Of a stretch of 61,844 bases of DNA, positions 40,725 to 48,608 are shown piece after piece. Source of the stretch: an uncultured Wenzhouxiangellaceae bacterium (lineage in GTDB: Bacteria > Pseudomonadota > Gammaproteobacteria > Xanthomonadales > SZUA-36); assembly GCA_964650905.1 (NCBI GenBank), contig CAZYVH010000003.1, forward strand, positions 18,230 to 80,073. Reading direction: 5' to 3'. The notes beneath the pieces are model-generated. The model was not told where the DNA came from and ran no database searches. It worked only from the letters and a program-made list of their open reading frames with translations. The position numbers and the translations under genes were made by a program. The first letter of the stretch is position 1. Each line of letters starts with the position of its first letter.

Positions 40725-41467
40725 CAGGCGGGATAAAGCCTGTTGATCAGGTTGTCGAGACAGTACTGGCCAGAGCGATTGAGGGTCTTTTCTTCCCGGC
40801 CCTGAATCAGGTTCTGTAAAAATACCAGGATGGCCGCCATCACCAACGCCAGCAGTGTCGTACTGAATGCAACACCGAGCCGCTCGGTAACCTGGTAGAG
40901 CATATCCGGGTTGTCCACGTTGGCGCGGTCGCCGGCGTAGTTGAGCGCCATCATGATACCGATGACGGTGCCGATGAAACCGAGTGTTGGCAGCAGCCAG
41001 ATAATGTAACGCACGATGTTGTAGCGCAGGTCCAGTTCGTGCAAAAACAGCTCGAGACTTGAATTGAGCAGCGCGTTGGTCTGGTCAACCGAGCGGCTCA
41101 GGTTGAAGTTGAGTACACACCGCTCGATCAGACGTGGCAGAAAACACGTGGTGCGATACATGCTGCTGCGTACTTTCTGGTATATCGGTGTGATGTCGTC
41201 ACCGGGTCTTAAAACGGTTTCATCGTCGAGTGGCAGGTAACCCCGTTCAAACTGGCTTTCCTCGAGACGCCCGCTACGCCAACGGATCGATAATTCACCC
41301 AGGCCGGCAAAAAAGGTCAGCCACAGGACATTTTGCAGCGTGAAGGGCCAGGAACCTCGATTAATATCCAGCATGATAGTCGCCGCCTGGGGTGGCAGGA
41401 CCCTGGCCAGCAGGGCGATGACCAGCACCCCCGCGAGTAAACTTATCAGCAATGTCAGATAGCGCAT
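40724..41467 (-). CDS. MotA/TolQ/ExbB proton-channel family protein
   Basis: The C-terminal signature is LPTLGFIGTVIGIMMAL...LGVAFSTTLLALVMAAILVF, preceded by an N-terminal TM helix. ATG at 41467 is preferred over the TTG at 41506 in the ORF track. Confidence 0.75.
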   Translation of the reverse strand: MRYLTLLISLLAGVLVIALLARVLPPQAATIMLDINRGSWPFTLQNVLWLTFFAGLGELSIRWRSGRLEESQFERGYLPLDDETVLRPGDDITPIYQKVRSSMYRTTCFLPRLIERCVLNFNLSRSVDQTNALLNSSLELFLHELDLRYNIVRYIIWLLPTLGFIGTVIGIMMALNYAGDRANVDNPDMLYQVTERLGVAFSTTLLALVMAAILVFLQNLIQGREEKTLNRSGQYCLDNLINRLYPA

Positions 41468-41486
41468 GGTGTCATTAATCCGTTTG

Positions 41487-41933
41487 TCAGGGTTGATCTT
41501 CTTCAATTTTCCCGGTCAGGGGGTTTCGTTTTGGGTTGCTCAGACCCGGCCCGGGTTCGGTAAAGCCCGTCATTGAGCGTACGGGGGTATTTCCGCTACG
41601 TAATGAAAAATGTTTTTCACCCAGCCTGAGGTCAGTGTGTTTAGCAAACACCGAAGTCAGGCGTTCCAGTGGTATCTCGACCTCACCCATGCGAATCAGA
41701 TCGCCGGTACACAAGCTGACCCTGCGGACACGGATCCATGCTCCGTTACGCTGCAAAAAAATACCGTTCCTGGAATCAGCGTCCACTACCCAGACACGTC
41801 CGTCCGTGGAGCGTTCAATAGACGCGTGGACACGCGACACGGTCGGGTGATCCAGCACCAGGTCACAGGCGGCGTTCCGGCCACAGCTTTTACTGATCAA
41901 TTCAAATAACTCCTTGTGGTTATCATACCGCAC
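41487..41933 (-). CDS. Stand-alone FHA-domain protein
   Basis: 148 aa with a GTG start. FHA motifs are CGRNAACDLVL, VSRVHASI and SRNGIFL. Confidence 0.8.
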   Translation of the reverse strand: MRYDNHKELFELISKSCGRNAACDLVLDHPTVSRVHASIERSTDGRVWVVDADSRNGIFLQRNGAWIRVRRVSLCTGDLIRMGEVEIPLERLTSVFAKHTDLRLGEKHFSLRSGNTPVRSMTGFTEPGPGLSNPKRNPLTGKIEEDQP

Positions 41934-41969
41934 GATGCCGGCATAAACGCCAATTGATGGCCGCCTGTC

Positions 41970-42908
41970 TCATTGTGCAAGCGCCAGGAAACCACCGGAA
42001 TTACCCCGCGCGAGGTTTTGCATAAACTCGACCGTGCCCTTGTATTTGAAATAATCACCGATGGTCACCGTGTGGATTTCCTTGTGTGAGGTATTGGACA
42101 TCGTGATGTTCTGGGCCAGCGAGCGCGGCGGCAGATTGCCGTTATAGACCGGATTGGGGAGACCATCGCTGAGCAGGATGATAGCTTCCGACGGACCCTT
42201 GAAAGCCACCTGGAAAGCGTCCTTGAGCGACGAGGCACCGGCAAACTGACCCTTCAGCTGGCTGATAAAGTGCATTGCCCCGGTGCGATTCTGGTGGCTC
42301 ATGACCACCAGCGAACCATCGGCTGGCCAACGGTGATAGCTCGGGCCCGAATCCAGTTGCTGAAAACCGAGGATACCAAATTCATAACCAGGCCTGAGTG
42401 AATCCATGGCCCGCGCGACGGTCCGCCAGACCAGTTCATCGTATTGAGCTAAATACTTGTTCATGTCGATCATGAACAGGATGCGGGTTTTGTCGGTTTT
42501 CAGACCGAGAAACCTGAAGGTCACCAGCTTGCTGCCGGTTTTCTTCCGCGTTTCCACTGGTGAAGACGGTGGGGGTGGTGGCTGGTCCTTGTGTGCCTGC
42601 AAACGGGCATGGATGGCCCGGATTTCACTGGAAACAATATCCTGCTCGGCGATGAGCTCCCGCTGCCGGGTGCTCGCCGCCGCAATGGCCTGGCGGGCCT
42701 TACTGATACCGGCCACCGTATCATCCAGCTCGGCCTCGGTTTGATTGGTCTCTGATTCGATATAATCCAAGTGCTTGACCAGTTGGGCCTCCTTTTGGTA
42801 ATCCGGCATCATGATGATCGTGATGATGATGAAAGCACCCATGGCAGAGGCAAACAGATCAATGGCTGAGAGCGAGAACACACCGAAACTGCGCAGCCGT
42901 GTCCTCAT
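41970..42908 (-). CDS. MotB/ExbD-like TM helix, coiled coil, vWA domain protein (degenerate MIDAS)
   Basis: The N-terminal helix SAIDLFASAMGAFIIITIIMMP carries a membrane-edge Asp (codon 42858-42860). A heptad-rich linker and a Pro-rich hinge follow. The vWA strands are ILFMIDMNKYL (DxNxY, 42453-42467), FGILGF, AIILLSDG and IHTVTIG. An ATGA overlap links it to the upstream paralogue. Confidence 0.75.
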   Translation of the reverse strand: MRTRLRSFGVFSLSAIDLFASAMGAFIIITIIMMPDYQKEAQLVKHLDYIESETNQTEAELDDTVAGISKARQAIAAASTRQRELIAEQDIVSSEIRAIHARLQAHKDQPPPPPSSPVETRKKTGSKLVTFRFLGLKTDKTRILFMIDMNKYLAQYDELVWRTVARAMDSLRPGYEFGILGFQQLDSGPSYHRWPADGSLVVMSHQNRTGAMHFISQLKGQFAGASSLKDAFQVAFKGPSEAIILLSDGLPNPVYNGNLPPRSLAQNITMSNTSHKEIHTVTIGDYFKYKGTVEFMQNLARGNSGGFLALAQ

Positions 42909-43891
42909 CCAGAGACACCTACAAAATCACCATTGTTGAGCCGGGCCAGGGTCTGCAGGAAGAGCACCAGATTACGGTTATGGGTGTAGTCGCCGATGGC
43001 GACGGTGTGCAATTCGGTTTGCCTGAACTGGTTCAGACGGGTGATCTCCTGCAGGATATACCCCGGCTGTGTATTGGGCTCACCGTCACTCATCAGGATC
43101 ACGGCGCTGGCGGGGTATTCCAGTGCGGCCTGCAGTGCATAATGGGTCGGGGTTGAACCGACAAAGCGATGCACCAGCGAGCGTGCGAAAACCGATGCCT
43201 GGTAAAGGTTTTCCTTGTTGGCAGTAGCCAGCGTCTTGTTACCGGGAAAAGTCCAGAGGACGGGCTGCGGGTTACCCTGGTAACCGATGATCGCAAACCG
43301 GTTGCTTTCGTCCAGTGGTTTCAGCAATTCCAGGACCGTCTGTATCATCAGGTTCTCGTAACGGGTCATACTGCCCGACATGTCAATAACGATGACAAAA
43401 CTCTTTGCATGGGTCGCCAGACCGAGTATCGAAAATTCCACGCCGTGGGTAATGGCCTTGGGCTGTGGCTCCGGTTTGACGACCTTAAGCGGCTCGGCCA
43501 CTGGTGTGGGCAGGTCCGCCAGTTGCCGTCTGCTGTCAGCCAACTGCTTTTTCAAGCGGGCGATACGTGTCTCGACACCCTGGTTGGATACATTGGCGTC
43601 CAGCAGTTCGCGTTGCAACTGCTCCTTCTCCGCCAGCCGCTCCTCAAGCTGGCCGGATGCAAGGCTGCGTTTTTGCATGACGTCCCGTGTCTTTGCAAAA
43701 GCCTCGTCGGGGTCGGCGTGTTGATAGTAGGGAAACAGCAGCATAACGAGCAGGATAAATGCACCCAGGGCAGAGGCGAACAGGTCCACGGCGGACGTCG
43801 AGAATACAGCAGTGTCTCTGTCAGGTATTTTCACAGGTTTCCGGGAATCAGCCGTTTGGAAGTTGACACCAGGGACGGCGATTATGTTCAA
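42905..43891 (-). CDS. MotB/ExbD-like TM helix, coiled coil, vWA domain protein (intact MIDAS)
   Basis: TTG start with AAGGA 5 nt upstream. The helix is SAVDLFASALGAFILLVMLLFP, with the Asp codon at 43784-43786. The vWA domain has FVIVIDMSGSM (DxSxS, 43370-43384), GSTPTHYAL, VILMSDGEPN and LHTVAIG. Confidence 0.8.
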   Translation of the reverse strand: MNIIAVPGVNFQTADSRKPVKIPDRDTAVFSTSAVDLFASALGAFILLVMLLFPYYQHADPDEAFAKTRDVMQKRSLASGQLEERLAEKEQLQRELLDANVSNQGVETRIARLKKQLADSRRQLADLPTPVAEPLKVVKPEPQPKAITHGVEFSILGLATHAKSFVIVIDMSGSMTRYENLMIQTVLELLKPLDESNRFAIIGYQGNPQPVLWTFPGNKTLATANKENLYQASVFARSLVHRFVGSTPTHYALQAALEYPASAVILMSDGEPNTQPGYILQEITRLNQFRQTELHTVAIGDYTHNRNLVLFLQTLARLNNGDFVGVSG

Positions 43892-43924
43892 TGCGGTCCT
43901 TAGCCAATTTTAAACGAAACCGCA

Positions 43925-46900
43925 ATGAGGTTCAGGATAATCAAACAGGTCTTAATCAATCTACTGCTTTTTGCCATTGTCTTGACGGGCGCAATACAGT
44001 CTCAGTGGGCACTGGCACTGGCACAGCCTGCTGAAGCACCACCCAGCCAGGAGTATTTTGTCCGCCAGCAGGGTGGTGAGGCGCTGCTGATCAGGATCAG
44101 TGCCTTTGAGGCAGAAATCGAATCACGTGTCTATGATCCACAAAAGTCGCTGTTATCAGTGTCCGCCTTACCCGGCAACCGGATTGCTCCGCTATTCCAG
44201 TTTATTGATGCAACCCACAGCCAGCGACAACTGGATATTCAGGTTAGCTCAAAACGCAGTACCGGCAATAGTAAATTTGAGATCGAGTTTACCCGGCTCA
44301 GGGACTGGGACGAAAGAAGTGGTCTGCTGGTGCGTGCCTATCACTTACTCGCTTACGCCATGCAGGCCCAACTGGGGCCGGGTTCAACTGACTGGAGTGT
44401 CAATGTCAGCAGTCTGCTGGGCGCGAGCAAAATTTTTGCGCAGTACGGCATGCGCGAACAACGTTTGTGGTCCACTTACCTGGCTGCCTACCTCGTCTAT
44501 TACCGACTCGGTGATTATCCGTTCGCTGCCAGGCTCAACGACACAGTACTCGAGGAAACCAATGCGCCACACTGGCAGGAAATCAGACTTGCCGCGCTGC
44601 AACTTAAAGCAGATATACTCATCAAACTCAGCGACAGCAATGTCATGCAGGATTCCGGAAAGCGTACAGACCCTGTACAGGCAGCGTTATTCGCTGCGGC
44701 GCAGTTCGCCCAATCCACAGGGTTTGGCTTTGAACAGGCCAGCGCAGTCTACACAAGCGGTCTGGTCTACGCCGGCCAGGGGCTTTTCGCGCAGGCCTCG
44801 GCACAGTACCAGAACGCTCTGAAGCTGGCACAACCTCTCGCAGACGACCTTTTTTTAAAAGAGATCAGGGAAAGTGTGGTTGCCGTCAATGCCAGGCAGG
44901 GCAATGCCCCGGCATCCGGTCAGGTGCTGCAACAGATTGAGACGCAACTGCTGCGTGAAGGCGGTGGCGATGAACTGGCACTCAACCTGTTGCAACAAGG
45001 CGATCTGCTGCTTGGCACCCACCGCTGGGCAGAGGCCATCGAGGTACTCACACAGGCACTTGAACAACAGAACGACAGTTCGATCCGCAGTCGTGCAAAT
45101 TTGGCCCTTGCAACAGCCAGTTATGAAGACGGTGACCCTGATGCAGCTTTGGCGTACCTGGATGCTGCCGGTGTCAGCGACGACCTGCGGCCAGCGAGAA
45201 ATGGCAAACGCGATCTGGACGTGGCTGCGGGGCTGGAAATCAAGGCGGCGATCTATCGTGCCCGGGGCGAGTATGAGCACATGCAAAGCGTACGCCAGGT
45301 GCAGCACGACTGGTTGCCAACGGGCGTGGATCAAGCCCGGTATTTTTATCAGCGGGGTCTGGATGCGCTGGCCAGGGGGGGCGGTAAGCGGGTGCAGGCA
45401 GTGGCTTTTTTCCGAAAAAGCTACCAGGCAAAGGGTTATGCACAGCCACCCGGGTTACGACTGCTCGCACAAATGCAGCTGTGTGTGCTGGGGGCGGAAA
45501 AAGCAGGTCTGTGTACACCCGGCAACGCTTTGCGTGCCTACCAGAAGCTGGTTTCCAACCGTATCCCCCGGCAGGTAGTTGAGGCCCGGTTTCTGCGCGC
45601 CCGTTACCAGGCCAGACACGGACAGAGAAAGGCCGCTATGGCGATTATGGAACAGGCGGTCGACGATATTCATTTTTACCGTCAGATGATGCCCGGCATG
45701 CTGGGAGCCTGGTACTGGCAGCACCGGAATGATCTGTTTACCGCTTACCTTGATCTGGCGAGTACCACTACAACTTCAGCAGGTAGTAACGGGGAACGAG
45801 ATTTCGAATCACTACTGGCGCTGAGTCGGATCAGGTTTGCTGCACGTCCGGTCAGTAGCGAGCGCCTGTCGAGCACTGACCTTGCAGCAGGTGATTCGCT
45901 ACGGCAACGGTTTGCAATGCTCGCAAACAGCACTGCGGGTGAAGAGACCGCAGAGCTGATCACCGGCCTTCAACGGGATGTTGACAGTCTGCAGACAGCC
46001 TTTAATCACACATTCGCTTTTCTAAGCCGCTCGGGTTTAAAGAAAGCCCTGGATGGTCTTGCAAGGAGCGAAGCCGTCTTGACCTACCACCTTACACGAG
46101 ATGAAGCACTGGCCTGGCTGGGAAAAAACGGCCAGGTCCGGCGCTTTGTCATCGCACACCCTGATCGGCTTTTTACAAAGCTGCAACGGGCCCATGACGA
46201 TCTCCCGGCCACTTCGGGCCCGGCATTTGACGTGATGATGCAGGAGATCGGTGAACAACTGCTCAAACCACTGGCCGGCAGCTTGCCTGAAACGATATAT
46301 TTTGTTCCCGAAGGTTTGCTGACAGGTTTTCCCGTAGACGCACTGCGCCTGGGGCAGGAATACCTCATCGAACACCACCGGCTGGTCAATGTGCTGGCAT
46401 TCCCATCTGATCCACGGCCAATAGCCAGCCTGCACACAACCGCACCACAACGTGTTTTCATTGCCGGTTCCCCACAGGACTACTCGGCCTGGGTCGAATC
46501 CCGCCTGGCAACATCCCCGGAAATCCAGGCGGTTGCCGAGCAGTTCATCGGACCGGGTTTGCATATCGTGCAGGGGAGAGCTCTGCTACGTGACGAATTT
46601 GATGACACCCGCCTGCAACGCGCTGAACTGGTGCACCTGTCCATGCCCGCTGTGATGGATTTTGATCAGCGGCAACGCTCCGGACTGATGTTGTCCGAGC
46701 CACGACGCGATGCAGGCCGGGAGATGCTGTCATTGACAGATATCAGCGCGAACCGCCTGCAGGCCAGGCTGGTGTTTCTTAGTGCGAGCCGTATCCAGGG
46801 CGAGATCGACGCGACATTTGCAGGCCAGCCAGCCCTGGTGACGGACTACCTGGCGACCGGTGCGCACGCTATTATTGCCGGTTCCTGGCGACCGGCCAGT

Positions 46901-47056
46901 CAGCTGGCGACAGAACTGGTGACGGGTTTCTACCGCTCACTGGCGGTATCAAACGATATCACAGGTGCAATGACCCAAAGCAAGCGGGACTATTTACGCA
47001 AGTACAACAACGACGGCTCTCGCAGCTGGGCTGCGTACCAGCTTTATATCAGGTAG
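43925..47056 (+). CDS. Exported TPR-repeat protein with a C-terminal CHAT (caspase-like) domain
   Basis: 1043 aa. The N-terminal hydrophobic signal or anchor is LINLLLFAIVLTGAIQSQWALALA. The central helical-repeat region is TPR-like. The C-terminal CHAT pattern includes IYFVPEGLLTGFPVDAL, VFIAGSP, ELVHLSMPA, RLVFLSASRIQG and AIIAGSW. Confidence 0.8.
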   Translation: MRFRIIKQVLINLLLFAIVLTGAIQSQWALALAQPAEAPPSQEYFVRQQGGEALLIRISAFEAEIESRVYDPQKSLLSVSALPGNRIAPLFQFIDATHSQRQLDIQVSSKRSTGNSKFEIEFTRLRDWDERSGLLVRAYHLLAYAMQAQLGPGSTDWSVNVSSLLGASKIFAQYGMREQRLWSTYLAAYLVYYRLGDYPFAARLNDTVLEETNAPHWQEIRLAALQLKADILIKLSDSNVMQDSGKRTDPVQAALFAAAQFAQSTGFGFEQASAVYTSGLVYAGQGLFAQASAQYQNALKLAQPLADDLFLKEIRESVVAVNARQGNAPASGQVLQQIETQLLREGGGDELALNLLQQGDLLLGTHRWAEAIEVLTQALEQQNDSSIRSRANLALATASYEDGDPDAALAYLDAAGVSDDLRPARNGKRDLDVAAGLEIKAAIYRARGEYEHMQSVRQVQHDWLPTGVDQARYFYQRGLDALARGGGKRVQAVAFFRKSYQAKGYAQPPGLRLLAQMQLCVLGAEKAGLCTPGNALRAYQKLVSNRIPRQVVEARFLRARYQARHGQRKAAMAIMEQAVDDIHFYRQMMPGMLGAWYWQHRNDLFTAYLDLASTTTTSAGSNGERDFESLLALSRIRFAARPVSSERLSSTDLAAGDSLRQRFAMLANSTAGEETAELITGLQRDVDSLQTAFNHTFAFLSRSGLKKALDGLARSEAVLTYHLTRDEALAWLGKNGQVRRFVIAHPDRLFTKLQRAHDDLPATSGPAFDVMMQEIGEQLLKPLAGSLPETIYFVPEGLLTGFPVDALRLGQEYLIEHHRLVNVLAFPSDPRPIASLHTTAPQRVFIAGSPQDYSAWVESRLATSPEIQAVAEQFIGPGLHIVQGRALLRDEFDDTRLQRAELVHLSMPAVMDFDQRQRSGLMLSEPRRDAGREMLSLTDISANRLQARLVFLSASRIQGEIDATFAGQPALVTDYLATGAHAIIAGSWRPASQLATELVTGFYRSLAVSNDITGAMTQSKRDYLRKYNNDGSRSWAAYQLYIR

Positions 47057-48608
47057 CTGACTGCACCACCATGGCTTCAATGAGCCGTGGGCCACGTGTT
47101 GCCATGGCGTCTGCAAACTGCTGGTGAAACATTTCGGCGCTGGTGGCACGGGTTGCGGGTACACCCATCCCTTGAGCAATCGATACAAAATCAATATCCG
47201 GCCTGGACAGGTCAAGCATCGACAATGTCTTTGGCGTAGGTTTGACGGCGCCAACGCGGGCCAGCTCGATGTTGAGGATCGCATAGCTGCGATTATTCAT
47301 GATGACCACGGTCACGTCGGTGTTTTCCCGGGCCATGGACCACAAGGCCTGGATAGTGTACATCGCACTGCCATCGGCCTCCAGAGCGATGACCTTGCGC
47401 TGCGGGCAGGCCAGCGCCGCACCGAGACTGAGACCCAGCCCCTGGCCTATGGCGCCGCCTGTCAGTGTCAACCAGTCATGGGGTGGGGTATCGATGGTGG
47501 CCGGGAACATGGCCAGGCCACAGGTCGCGGCTTCATCTGAAACGATGGCGTCCTCTGGCATCAACAGACCAAGACTCCGAGCGATGGCCATCGGTGTAAG
47601 TGCACCCGTTGGTAGCGGGTGCTGCGCCGCAGGCTGTACGGTTAACGGGGGCTGCACGGCCGCTGTCGCTGTCACCAGTGCCGCCAACGCCGCCCGCACA
47701 TCCTGATCAACCTCCACCAGGCTCAGTACCTCACATTCCGCGGGTGTCAGCCAGCTTTCTTTTCCGGGGTAAGCAAAAAATGACACCGGTGCGACGGCGC
47801 CGACCAGGATCAGTTGTTCAGTGCCTCGCAGCATTTCCACAACCTGCTCGGCGAAATAGGGCAGACGCTCGACCGCCACCCGCCCGGCGCCGCGCTGCAG
47901 ACGTGCGGGAAAGGTTTCACACAGGATACGTGCGCCAGTGGCCCTGGCAACACGCCCAACCATCTCGAGACAGTCTTCACGTAAAGCCCGGCCACCCAGC
48001 AGGAATGCTGACTTCTTTTTAGTGGCGAGTGCATCGGCAACGGTCTGTATGGTGGCTTCTTCAATCGTAGCCAAACGCTGGTTGGGCAGGACAGAAGCCC
48101 GGCATGTCGAATCTTCCCAGGTGTGGTTGGCAGGTGCGATCATGGTTGCGATCTTTCCCCAGCCCTGTTTCGCAGCCCTGACAGCCTCGGCACCCGCCAC
48201 GACCAGGTCATCCGCCGATTGTGAGACACGAACCCAGTCAGAACAGATTTTTGCCTGCGCCGGGACGTCGGAGGTCAGGGGTGCATCGTACTGCAGATGA
48301 CCGGTGGCATGGTCACCGATGATATTGACCAGTGGTACGTGTGCGCGGCGGGCGTTGTGCTGGTTGGCCATGGAGTTGGAAAAACCCGGGCCGAGGTGTA
48401 AAAGGGTTGCCGCCGGCTTGTCGAGCATACGTGCGTAGCCATCGGCGGCAGCCGCGACCACGCCCTCAAACAGACACAGCACCGCCCGCATTTTTTCGTG
48501 TTTACCAATGGCTGAAACCAGCTGCATTTCCGACGTGCCGGGGTTTGTGAAACAGATTTCCACCCCGCTGTCCACCAGGGTTTCCAATAGGCTTTCCGCA
48601 CCATTCAT
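47049..48608 (-). CDS. Thiamine-pyrophosphate enzyme (acetolactate synthase large subunit-like)
   Basis: 519 aa. The N-terminal TPP-pyrimidine domain has GAESLLETLVDSGVEICFTNPGTSEM. The C-terminal TPP-binding motif is GAIGQGL...LEADGSAMYTIQALWS..N. Confidence 0.85.
   Translation of the reverse strand: MNGAESLLETLVDSGVEICFTNPGTSEMQLVSAIGKHEKMRAVLCLFEGVVAAAADGYARMLDKPAATLLHLGPGFSNSMANQHNARRAHVPLVNIIGDHATGHLQYDAPLTSDVPAQAKICSDWVRVSQSADDLVVAGAEAVRAAKQGWGKIATMIAPANHTWEDSTCRASVLPNQRLATIEEATIQTVADALATKKKSAFLLGGRALREDCLEMVGRVARATGARILCETFPARLQRGAGRVAVERLPYFAEQVVEMLRGTEQLILVGAVAPVSFFAYPGKESWLTPAECEVLSLVEVDQDVRAALAALVTATAAVQPPLTVQPAAQHPLPTGALTPMAIARSLGLLMPEDAIVSDEAATCGLAMFPATIDTPPHDWLTLTGGAIGQGLGLSLGAALACPQRKVIALEADGSAMYTIQALWSMARENTDVTVVIMNNRSYAILNIELARVGAVKPTPKTLSMLDLSRPDIDFVSIAQGMGVPATRATSAEMFHQQFADAMATRGPRLIEAMVVQSAT

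Noticed and set aside
41468-41506. A TTG start at 41506 for the MotA/ExbB-like gene, overlapping the FHA gene by 20 nt.
   Set aside because: An ATG at 41467 begins directly at the first TM helix (MRYLTLLISLL). Neither candidate has a clear ribosome-binding site, so the start remains uncertain.
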